Assembly (NCBI GenBank): GCA_965220085.1 | Contig: CBDCOZ010000003.1 | Span: forward strand, 256,001 to 320,000 | Origin: Candidatus Oxydemutatoraceae bacterium | Lineage (GTDB): Bacteria; Pseudomonadota; Gammaproteobacteria; Poriferisulfidales; Oxydemutatoraceae | Direction: 5' to 3' | Length of the DNA stretch: 64,000 bases | In this document: piece by piece, positions 10,428 to 18,799 of the stretch | How the letters are laid out: each line of letters begins with the position of its first letter | Numbering within the stretch: the first letter of the stretch is position 1 | Translations under genes and position numbers: made by a program | The notes under the pieces: model-generated | The model's database searches: none | What the model saw: only the letters and a program-made list of their open reading frames with translations | What the model was told of the DNA's origin: nothing

Positions 10428-11348
10428 ATGAGTAAGAGAAAAGCAGAAATATTAAGCCTATATCAGATTATGGAGCAATACCCGACCGATGAAGCGACCA
10501 TACGATACCTTGAAAGTCTGGCATGGAGTGATAAGCCGGTATGTTCTAAATGCGGATGTGATAACAAAATTACAGAGCAAAAGAAAGCTGGCGATTATTG
10601 GTGCGGTAGCTGTCGTTCATACTTCAATGTATTCACCAATACACCGCTAGAGCGGAATAAAGTAGATGCCAGAAAATGGGTTTATGCTTCCTATACCCTG
10701 CTCACTTCACGCAAAGGGATAAGCAGTCTGCAATTAAGCAAAGAGATTGGAGTGCAACAAAGAACAGCGTGGTATATGCTTCACCGCTTGCGGGTTATAT
10801 GTGGCGGGGATATGCAGGCGCTGCATGGGCAAGTAGAGACAGATGAAACTTATATCGGCGGCAAGGAGAAAAACCGCCATCCCAACAAGAAAAAGCGGGC
10901 GGGTCGCGGTGGTGCTGGCAAGACTGCTATACTGGGTATGCGAGAGCGTAAAGGCAGAGTAAAGGCCATGCCAGTAGAGAACACTACAAAGGAAACACTA
11001 CAGACCGCCGTACATAAAAATGTCCGCAAGGGTTCTACCCTTTTTACTGATGAAAACCCCTCATACAATGGTGTTGCCAATCGCCACTATGCGGTTAATC
11101 ATTCTGCGAAGGAATATGTAAATGGTATGGCGCACACTAACGGCATAGAATCCGTATGGGCTGTACTCAAGAGAGGTTTTAGCGGTGTGTATCACAACTG
11201 GAGTAAGAAGCATTGCAGGGCTTATGTCAATGAGTTTTCCTTCCGTCTTAACGATGGCAATTGTGAGATAGATACCCAAGACAGATTAAACAGTTTGTTT
11301 GCCGGTATGCACGGCAAGCAGATTACTTATAAGGAATTGACAGGATGA
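10428..11348 (+). CDS. IS1595-family transposase
   Basis: Zn ribbon CSKC...CGSC, KGISSLQL, VETDETYIGG, FTDE, VNHS, HTNGIESVW. Confidence 0.93.
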   Translation: MSKRKAEILSLYQIMEQYPTDEATIRYLESLAWSDKPVCSKCGCDNKITEQKKAGDYWCGSCRSYFNVFTNTPLERNKVDARKWVYASYTLLTSRKGISSLQLSKEIGVQQRTAWYMLHRLRVICGGDMQALHGQVETDETYIGGKEKNRHPNKKKRAGRGGAGKTAILGMRERKGRVKAMPVENTTKETLQTAVHKNVRKGSTLFTDENPSYNGVANRHYAVNHSAKEYVNGMAHTNGIESVWAVLKRGFSGVYHNWSKKHCRAYVNEFSFRLNDGNCEIDTQDRLNSLFAGMHGKQITYKELTG

Positions 11349-11499
11349 AAACCACCCACAGCATAACTACAGTTTCGGTGAAGGTAGATAATTCAAAAAG
11401 GGTTCCTTTGAAATAGATTTATCGGTGGTGCTATCCTTCCTTTGAGTATGAAATAGACAATGTAGAGCATGACACATCTAATCAGTCAGATATGCAAAT

Positions 11500-11658
11500 A
11501 TGAAACAGAAAGACTTAGACAGAGCGGCTACGGCACTACTTAAAGCAGGGAAACCGCCGAAGGATAAAGATTGCCCGATACCGACAAAAGCAGACTTAAA
11601 CCGTAAGTTTGTCATGCGGGTAGACCGTCAAGGCAAACCCACAATTATTGAGAAATAA
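11500..11658 (+). CDS. Small 52-aa passenger ORF inside IS1595
   Basis: Manual translation MKQKDLDRAATALLKAGKPPKDKDCPIPTKADLNRKFVMRVDRQGKPTIIEK; stop lies next to the right IR. Confidence 0.45.
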   Translation: MKQKDLDRAATALLKAGKPPKDKDCPIPTKADLNRKFVMRVDRQGKPTIIEK

Positions 11659-11772
11659 TACCTCTGTCAAGTTAAATACATAATTCCCAATACAAAGTGT
11701 CCCTGCACGAGATTGACGCCCAAGTGAAGCAATCCGAAAAAGTCATGCACAAATATCTCAAGGAGCTTGGCT

Positions 11773-13113
11773 ATGAATAAGTCTAAATCAAAAAACTCAG
11801 GGCCTCGAGCAAAAGCTACCATGCAAGATCCCCTGACTAAAGGCATCGGCCACACCAAATTCAAAGACAGCGAGCTAGGACGCGTTCCCCAAACCTGGAA
11901 AGCCAAGAATCTTGGAGACATTGTAAAATTTTCAGGAGGCAGTGCATTCAAAGAAACTTTTCAAGGGAAGGATTCGGGTGCTTATCCGTTTATTAAAGTC
12001 AGCGACATGAATTTGGTAGAAAACAGTCGATATATCACCAAGTCCAATAATTGGATAAGCGAGCGCGTCAGAAGCCAAGCCAAAATAAAACTGTTCCCGC
12101 CAAATGCGGTAGTTTTTGCAAAAGTTGGAGCAGCACTTCTCATAAATCGGAGGCGGCAGCTGATTCGAGAAACAGCAATAGACAACAATATGATGGCAGC
12201 AATCCCATCAAATTGCGATTCCGATTTTCTGTATTTTTTCTTGCAAACAATTGACTTGAAGAACTTTGTGCAAGATGGAGCGATTCCCTCTGTCAACCAA
12301 AATCAAATGGAAAGCATCGTTATAGATACTCCTCCTATGCCCGAACAAAAGAAAATCGCGGCCATCCTCACCTCCGTGGACGAGGTGATAGAAGCCACCC
12401 AAACTCAAATCAACAAACTCCAAGCCCTCAAAAAAGCCACCATGCAAGAGTTGCTGACCAAAGGCATAGGCCACACTAAATTCAAAGACAGCGAGCTAGG
12501 CCGCATCCCCAAAAGTTGGGTCACAACAACATTAGGTGATGCAGGGATATTTTCGAAGGGTAAAGGAATATCAAAAAATGAAATTTCTTCCGAAGGAATA
12601 CCCTGCATCCGATATGCAGAAATTTATACTGACTATAATTTTCAGATAAAGAAGTTCAAATCGTTTATCAGGCGTGAAGTTGCTGATGCATCTAAGAGGT
12701 TCAAGAAGAATGATATTATTTTTGCTGGTTCAGGAGAGACCGCAGAGGAAATTGGCAAATCTGTATCATTTACGCTTGATTGTGAAGCGTATGTGGGCGG
12801 CGATGCTATTATTCTTTCGCCAGTCTCAGGAATTGATAGCTTATTTCTTTCATATCAACTGAACGATAACATCCGAAGAAAACAACGAATGAAGTTAGGG
12901 CAGGGCAGTTCGGTAATTCACATCTATTCTTCTGGCTTGGCAGACTTAATAATTGTTTTACCGCCAATTCCCGAGCAAAAGAAAATTGCATCCGTCCTGA
13001 CCACTATAGATGACCACATTGAAATGGCACATCATAAACTTGCACAAATCCAATCTCTAAAACAATCTCTCATGCAGGACTTGTTGTCTGGTATAGTCAG
13101 AGTCACAGCTTGA
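11773..13113 (+). CDS. hsdS: Type I R-M specificity subunit HsdS
   Basis: Two TRDs with conserved PPxxEQKKIA repeats and a duplicated LTKGIGHTKFKDSELGRxP segment; ATGAATAA overlap with the native hsdM stop. Confidence 0.93.
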   Translation: MNKSKSKNSGPRAKATMQDPLTKGIGHTKFKDSELGRVPQTWKAKNLGDIVKFSGGSAFKETFQGKDSGAYPFIKVSDMNLVENSRYITKSNNWISERVRSQAKIKLFPPNAVVFAKVGAALLINRRRQLIRETAIDNNMMAAIPSNCDSDFLYFFLQTIDLKNFVQDGAIPSVNQNQMESIVIDTPPMPEQKKIAAILTSVDEVIEATQTQINKLQALKKATMQELLTKGIGHTKFKDSELGRIPKSWVTTTLGDAGIFSKGKGISKNEISSEGIPCIRYAEIYTDYNFQIKKFKSFIRREVADASKRFKKNDIIFAGSGETAEEIGKSVSFTLDCEAYVGGDAIILSPVSGIDSLFLSYQLNDNIRRKQRMKLGQGSSVIHIYSSGLADLIIVLPPIPEQKKIASVLTTIDDHIEMAHHKLAQIQSLKQSLMQDLLSGIVRVTA

Positions 13114-13122
13114 AGGAATATC

Positions 13123-15543
13123 ATGTCTAAACACAAAAAAAAGATTTTTATTAGCTATTCGCACAAAGATGAGCGGTTCATGTTCAGACTGAAAACTCAT
13201 CTGAGGACCAGTGAGCAGGGTATTGAGATATTTACCGATGGAAAGGTTTTGGCAGGGCAACCGCTTCCTAAAGAAATAAAAAAAGGTATGCGTGATGCAA
13301 ATATTGCAATATTCCTTCTTAGCGCAGACTTTCTGGATTCTGAACCTTGTAAAGCAGAGTGGAGTTATGCAGAAGAAAAAAATATTATTCGGATTCCTGT
13401 CGTAATAAAACCTTGCGCTTGGGAACGGTTCCTAAAGAAAAACGGCAATATCAAAGCCCTGCCTAAGGATGGGAAACCGGTTTCTAGCCATGATGAGGAG
13501 GAGGAGGCCTACCAAGAGATAAGTGAGGAAGTGACAAAAGTTATGAAAGAGATAGATTCTTGTTTCAGCCCTAAAGAAGATTTTCAGAAGGAGTTGGAAG
13601 ATACCGAATTTCTATCCCAAGAGCATCTTAAATTGCAGGATATTTTTGTTTTTCCTAACCTTGAGCTCGAGGTAGACAAAGAAGGTTCAGAGTGGGTATC
13701 CATTGAAACCCACGCAGATATCATTAAACATGACCCAGTATTCATCCATGGCGAACAAAGCTCTGGGAAGACGGCTCTTGCAAGATGTTTATGTCTGCAC
13801 CTAATTGAAAAAGAATTGCCTGTCTTATATATAGATTTGCAAAACAAATTACACAGTAAACTCCCAGATATTTTTGAGAGAGAGTATAGCCACAAATTTA
13901 ATGGAGATTATTCATTATGGAAGAAACAGAAAAGTAAAACGATTATTTTGGACAATATGTCGTCGAACGGGAAAGATATGCGCATTGTTCTATCGGCATT
14001 GGAGCATTTTGATCAAGTAATCGTTCTTTTGGATTCTGACACATACCAATCGTACTACAGAAAAGAGAAGCGGTTCGCAAAGTTCTCTACAATGGAGATA
14101 AGGCAACTAACGCATGTCAAACAAGAAGAACTGATTAGAAAGAGAGTAGATAAATCTGATAACGAATCGATTGATGCAATGGTAGACCAGATCGAAAAGA
14201 AAGTGAATATGGTAATAATGGAACAAAGGATAGTTCCAAGGTATCCGTTTTTTATTCTGACAGTTATGCAAACTATTGAAGGGCTTATGCCCAGTACAAC
14301 AAAGATTAGCTCATATGCAACTTGTTACTATGTGGCTATTCTTGCGCGTCTCTCAAAGTCAGGTATTGATACGGAAGAAGGTTCTATTAATACATGTATG
14401 AACTATGTAAAGCATCTGGCATTTGCCAGATATAGGTCTGAATCAGGCTCTGATCCATTCTCTTTTGAAGCATTTAACCAAGACTACAAAAGAAAATTCA
14501 CTATACAGGAATCAGTCATTAGACGTTTAATGGATGCGCGATCTGGAATTATAGATACAAATGGAGAGTTTAAAGTACCTTATGCATACTACTACTTCTT
14601 GGGAGATTACCTTGCTAAAAATATTCGTGGCAACCAAGGTTTATTGGAGGAAATATGTGAAAAGAGTTTCACTACTAAAAACAATTTAATCCTTACCTTC
14701 TTTGTCCACCATTGCCCTGACAAAAATATAATTGATGATATTTTGATTAGAACTATGTGTGCTCTTGAGATATTTCCTGTTGCTAAATTGACCTCTGAAG
14801 AAACAAAAATGTTTTATGAGGTGGTTGGAAAAATCAAAGATAATTCAGGTGATAGGGCAGAGGATGTGCAGGTAGCAAGACAAGAGGACAGAAAGTTCCG
14901 GGATGCCCATGAACAGTCAGGAGTACCAGACGAAATAGAAGAGGAGGGTGGAATACATGATGATATATATCGGATACTAAAGACTAATGAACTGGTAAAG
15001 CAGATACTTCACAATCATTATGGTGAGATGGAGAAGTCAAGAATATCGGAGATTGTGCATGTAATGATTGAAAGTGGTTTGCGTTTAGTAAGTTTGTTAC
15101 TGCTTAATGAGGAAGAGCTACGTGGCCTTTCTGGATATATTCAGGAAAGACATCCTGAAGCCAACAAATCACAGGTGACGCAAATGCTACAGTGGGCGTC
15201 GTTTATTTGGACTATGATAAACATTGAGAAAATTGTTGATGCTGTCAGTCTGCCCCAAATAAAACAAGTGATAGATGACCTGATCTCTAAAGAGTCTACT
15301 CCTGCATATAAACTAATCGGCTATTTCAATCATCTTGATGTTTCAAAAAATGGTGTTACTGATGATATCAAAAGACACTTGGAGGGTCTTCTTAAAGAGT
15401 ACGAAGATGATCCCTTTCATGAAAAGGTACTATCTATACGCACACAGCACTATATGAGAACTCATAGAAGTAAGGCACCACGAGAGCAAGCTGTCTGCTC
15501 ATTGCTTGGAATCCCATATAAAGCGCACAAGCAGTTGACGTAA
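13123..15543 (+). CDS. TIR domain + P-loop (STAND/NACHT-like) NTPase protein, putative antiphage
   Basis: IFISYSHKD and SEPCKAEW (TIR with catalytic-position Glu); GEQSSGKT Walker A; IILDN Walker B; long helical C-terminus. Confidence 0.8.
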   Translation: MSKHKKKIFISYSHKDERFMFRLKTHLRTSEQGIEIFTDGKVLAGQPLPKEIKKGMRDANIAIFLLSADFLDSEPCKAEWSYAEEKNIIRIPVVIKPCAWERFLKKNGNIKALPKDGKPVSSHDEEEEAYQEISEEVTKVMKEIDSCFSPKEDFQKELEDTEFLSQEHLKLQDIFVFPNLELEVDKEGSEWVSIETHADIIKHDPVFIHGEQSSGKTALARCLCLHLIEKELPVLYIDLQNKLHSKLPDIFEREYSHKFNGDYSLWKKQKSKTIILDNMSSNGKDMRIVLSALEHFDQVIVLLDSDTYQSYYRKEKRFAKFSTMEIRQLTHVKQEELIRKRVDKSDNESIDAMVDQIEKKVNMVIMEQRIVPRYPFFILTVMQTIEGLMPSTTKISSYATCYYVAILARLSKSGIDTEEGSINTCMNYVKHLAFARYRSESGSDPFSFEAFNQDYKRKFTIQESVIRRLMDARSGIIDTNGEFKVPYAYYYFLGDYLAKNIRGNQGLLEEICEKSFTTKNNLILTFFVHHCPDKNIIDDILIRTMCALEIFPVAKLTSEETKMFYEVVGKIKDNSGDRAEDVQVARQEDRKFRDAHEQSGVPDEIEEEGGIHDDIYRILKTNELVKQILHNHYGEMEKSRISEIVHVMIESGLRLVSLLLLNEEELRGLSGYIQERHPEANKSQVTQMLQWASFIWTMINIEKIVDAVSLPQIKQVIDDLISKESTPAYKLIGYFNHLDVSKNGVTDDIKRHLEGLLKEYEDDPFHEKVLSIRTQHYMRTHRSKAPREQAVCSLLGIPYKAHKQLT

Positions 15544-15690
15544 ACATCAGATTCCTCAATCAGCAGGCAATATTGTGACGACAAGCTGTGTAAGATTAGG
15601 GCTATTGCATAGCGTTGTTTATAGCAGGCACGGGTGCGACGGAGTAAAATAGCGGTCATGGCATAGTCGCTACGCGGCTAAGACGGGATA

Positions 15691-15802
15691 GCAAGAGCAT
15701 GATGCATAGAATCAACAACATCAATCCGGAGCGCATCCAATGGTGCTGTCAGACAGTTGCTGTTGACATGCAACATCCGGCGGATGAAACGAAGATTAAG
15801 CT
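15691..15802 (+). repeat. ~110-bp direct repeat of 17791-17902 (orphan 5' end of the second IrrE gene)
   Basis: gcaagagcatgatgcata(g/a)aatcaacaacatcaatccggagcgcatccaatggtgctgtcagacagttgc... is present at both sites. Confidence 0.9.
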
Positions 15803-15826
15803 AAGATTCAAAGCGGAGCAATCGGC

Positions 15827-16960
15827 ATGAGTAGCAGAGAATCGCTAAGTGTCCTAAACCCACAGCGCATTCAATGGTGTTGCAATCAGTTGCACATAAC
15901 CATTGGGGAGTTGGCCGGGCAGTTGGGCATAAATGAAGGCAGGTTGGCGGGTGCGCAACTGACTATGTCGCAACTTAGGAAAGTAGCGGACTACTTTGAC
16001 CACAGCATATTCTTTTTTGCCGAACCCGATGAGCCCAAAGAAACCATACATTCTCCGCAGTTTCGTACGATTGGAGAGCAAGCCCGGCTAGACAGTAACC
16101 TGTACAAACTTATCAGGCGCGCCGAGAGACACAGAGACTTATTTATTGAGATGTTGGAAAGTGCCGGTGACAAGTCGCAATTCAGCCCGCCCGTTCTTGA
16201 AGGCGATATGGCTCATAAGGCAGAGGCTGTCAGAAATTGGCTGGGGATAGATTACAACCGAGGAGAATCTTATGGTTTTGATGAGTACCGGGAACTTATT
16301 GAAGCAAAGGGCATCTTTGTGCAACAAAGCATGGGTTATAAGGGAAAATGGAAGGTTAATAACCCGGATAAAATGTTGGGCTTTTCTTTAACGCATACCG
16401 AGATGCCCATTATATTCGTCACAAAAACTTCTGAGGCACGACAAGCGTTTACGCTGTTGCATGAATTGGGTCATTTGTTGCTGCATCGCGACAGTTTTTT
16501 TGATAATGACATGAACTTTCGCAGTTCGGTTACTTCCCCAAAAGAGCAAGAGGCTAACGCTTTTGCCGGTCATTTTTTTCTGACCGATGAAGTTCTGTCG
16601 GGATTGAATGTTCCAAAGACCTACGAAGAGTATGACGAATATTTTGAGCCAATCTCTGGGAAACGTGGCATTAGCGTGGAAGTAGTAGTTGTCGCCTTAC
16701 TCAAAAAAGATCAAATCCGCCAGAGAGATTATGACAGTTATATTCAATTTAGAAGTGAAAGATGGAGCGGCGAAGAGAGCACAGATGAGAAAAGCCCCCG
16801 TACATGGCGGCATCGAGAGCCGTTTCATATCTTTGGTAAGCGTTATGTGAACGCTGTGCTTGATTCAATACAGCGGGGTGATACATCTTTGTATAAAGCT
16901 TGTAAGTCTTTAGATAATATTCAAGTATCCGCTATACAGAGGCTACTCCACGGGGATTAA
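15827..16960 (+). CDS. HTH + ImmA/IrrE-family metallopeptidase (paralog 1)
   Basis: N-terminal XRE-like HTH, FTLLHELGH, EQEANAFA. Confidence 0.88.
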   Translation: MSSRESLSVLNPQRIQWCCNQLHITIGELAGQLGINEGRLAGAQLTMSQLRKVADYFDHSIFFFAEPDEPKETIHSPQFRTIGEQARLDSNLYKLIRRAERHRDLFIEMLESAGDKSQFSPPVLEGDMAHKAEAVRNWLGIDYNRGESYGFDEYRELIEAKGIFVQQSMGYKGKWKVNNPDKMLGFSLTHTEMPIIFVTKTSEARQAFTLLHELGHLLLHRDSFFDNDMNFRSSVTSPKEQEANAFAGHFFLTDEVLSGLNVPKTYEEYDEYFEPISGKRGISVEVVVVALLKKDQIRQRDYDSYIQFRSERWSGEESTDEKSPRTWRHREPFHIFGKRYVNAVLDSIQRGDTSLYKACKSLDNIQVSAIQRLLHGD

Positions 16961-17171
16961 AGTATATGTCTTTTTTGATCAGTTTTATGGGTATATCAAA
17001 GTGTTGAGTTGAGTGCAGCATAGATAAATAATAAGAGGAATACCTACCTGGCTTAAGCGACATCTCCGTAATGGCAATTAACTTTTTTCCCCGTATGATT
17101 TTTATAGGCAACAAGTTTTAAGTATGCATGTATATAGAGTAATGACCTGTTAATCACGGAGATTAGAGTAT

Positions 17172-17681
17172 ATGCCTTTTTTAATTATTGACGCATCTAG
17201 TTGGATAGGAGCTTGGCAACAATATCCGATACAGTCATTCCCAAGAGTATGGGAATGGCTTGCCGAAGAAATTGAAAATAGCAACATACAGACTATAAAA
17301 CCAATGTGCAAAGAAGTCGGGCACAAAAGCAAGGAGTGCGGGAAATGGTTAGATGAGAGTGGGATAACATATCCGGAGGTATCGGAAGATAATGTGTTGA
17401 CCATGGGAGTTAAGATAAAAGGCGTTGCCGGGATAACGGGCGACATTAAAGATAATCCGAGAGGAATTGACGATAACGATTTGGAATTGATTGTTGTTGC
17501 GTCGTTGACCGATGGGACAGTGGTTACTGAGGAAGATCCGCAACTAACAGCAGACAACCCAAGGACAGCAACGCCGCCGAAGCCCATAAACTACAAGATA
17601 CCTTTCGTATGCCGGCTAAATGAGGTCAAAGTTACAAACTTTCTGGAAATGATAAAAAGCACGGGCAAGACATTTGGGTAG
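17172..17681 (+). CDS. DUF4411-like PIN-domain protein
   Basis: IIDASSWI, YPIQSFPRVWEWL, NDLELI, VVTEE, KIPFVC; typical neighbour of IrrE-like peptidases. Confidence 0.8.
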   Translation: MPFLIIDASSWIGAWQQYPIQSFPRVWEWLAEEIENSNIQTIKPMCKEVGHKSKECGKWLDESGITYPEVSEDNVLTMGVKIKGVAGITGDIKDNPRGIDDNDLELIVVASLTDGTVVTEEDPQLTADNPRTATPPKPINYKIPFVCRLNEVKVTNFLEMIKSTGKTFG

Positions 17682-17798
17682 AGGGTTTGTTGCTGATGAG
17701 AACAGAAAGCCGACAATCAAAGAGCCAAATATCAAGCATAAATTGTCAAGCGGCGAACTTCTTTGCATACACAGATATATAATTCCCATGGCAAGAGC

Positions 17799-18794
17799 AT
17801 GATGCATAAAATCAACAACATCAATCCGGAGCGCATCCAATGGTGCTGTCAGACAGTTGCCGTTGATATGCAGCATCTGGCGGATTCGACGAAGATTAAA
17901 CTTGAGAATCTGCAACAAGGTCATCTGACTTACAATCAACTGGAGAAGGTTGCCAATTTTTTTGGTTACACGCCTTTGTTTTTTCTGGATGCCGAGACAC
18001 CGATGGCGGAAGAGGTGCATACGGCAGATTTTCGCTCGCTGGCCAACCAGAAGGTAGCATTAGACCGCAAGTTGGCTTGCATCATCCGGCAGGTGGAATG
18101 GCATCGTGACCTGTATTTGGGTTTGGCCGAAGATCTGGATGAAGAAATTGCTTATTTTAATCCCCCTACGCTCAGTGGAACTGTTGCGAAAAAGGCCGAC
18201 ACTGTAAGAAAGTGGCTGAGTTTGGATGATTCCACAAAGCAGGATTACGACAAATACAGGGAGCTTGTTGAAGCAAAGGGTGTGCTGGTTTTTCAGAGCA
18301 TGGGTTATAAAGGTCGTTGGAAACTGGAAGACAGCAATGCCATAGGATTTTCCATACCCCATCCCCGCACTCCTGTCATCTTTATCAGGAAGACATCTCC
18401 GCAGATGCAGGCATTTACGCTCTTCCACGAGTTGGGACATATATTGCTGCACGACACCAGTTGCATTGACAGCCCGGAGCAACTGGCTGCGGATGCGACG
18501 GACATGGAGCGAGAGGCAAACCAGTTTGCCAGCGAGTGCCTGATACCCGAACACATGTTGCCCTGCGCAAAGGCAAAGCAAAATCGCGATACGGCATTCT
18601 ATGATATTGCCCGTAAGCGCGGTGGCCGGAGAGTCAGACACAAGGAGCCTTTGCAGATATTTGGTTCCAAGTATGTAGGCATGGTTATGAGCGCTCTCTG
18701 CTCCGGCTTGATAACTATCAGCAAAGCCAGTAATTATCTTGACCGCCTAAAGATGAGCGACATTAATAAATTGCAGATGGTGCAGAGTCGGTAA
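17799..18794 (+). CDS. HTH + ImmA/IrrE-family metallopeptidase (paralog 2, shorter C-terminus)
   Basis: FTLFHELGH, EREANQFA; aligns with paralog 1 but lacks the segment between ARKRG and RHKEP. Confidence 0.85.
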   Translation: MMHKINNINPERIQWCCQTVAVDMQHLADSTKIKLENLQQGHLTYNQLEKVANFFGYTPLFFLDAETPMAEEVHTADFRSLANQKVALDRKLACIIRQVEWHRDLYLGLAEDLDEEIAYFNPPTLSGTVAKKADTVRKWLSLDDSTKQDYDKYRELVEAKGVLVFQSMGYKGRWKLEDSNAIGFSIPHPRTPVIFIRKTSPQMQAFTLFHELGHILLHDTSCIDSPEQLAADATDMEREANQFASECLIPEHMLPCAKAKQNRDTAFYDIARKRGGRRVRHKEPLQIFGSKYVGMVMSALCSGLITISKASNYLDRLKMSDINKLQMVQSR

Positions 18795-18799
18795 ACCCG

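Larger units (their letters stand above)
10307..11688 (+). mobile_element. Complete IS1595-family insertion sequence (1382 bp)
   Basis: Perfect 28-bp terminal IRs (10307-10334 GGGAATTATGTATTTAACTTGACAGAGG; 11661-11688), 8-bp target duplication AATACAAA at 10299-10306 and 11689-11696. Confidence 0.95.
8675..11780 (+). pseudogene. hsdM: Type I R-M methyltransferase HsdM interrupted by IS1595 near the 3' end (current ORF 8675-10360; native tail 11697-11780)
   Basis: DPTAGSGG and NPPF motifs; removing the IS and one target copy restores ...WWDKYK-VSLHEIDAQVKQSEKVMHKYLKELGYE*, whose stop overlaps the hsdS ATG. Confidence 0.92.

Noticed and set aside
11767-13113. Phase-variable hsdS shufflon
   Set aside because: Single hsdS with direct internal repeats only; no silent TRD copies or recombinase
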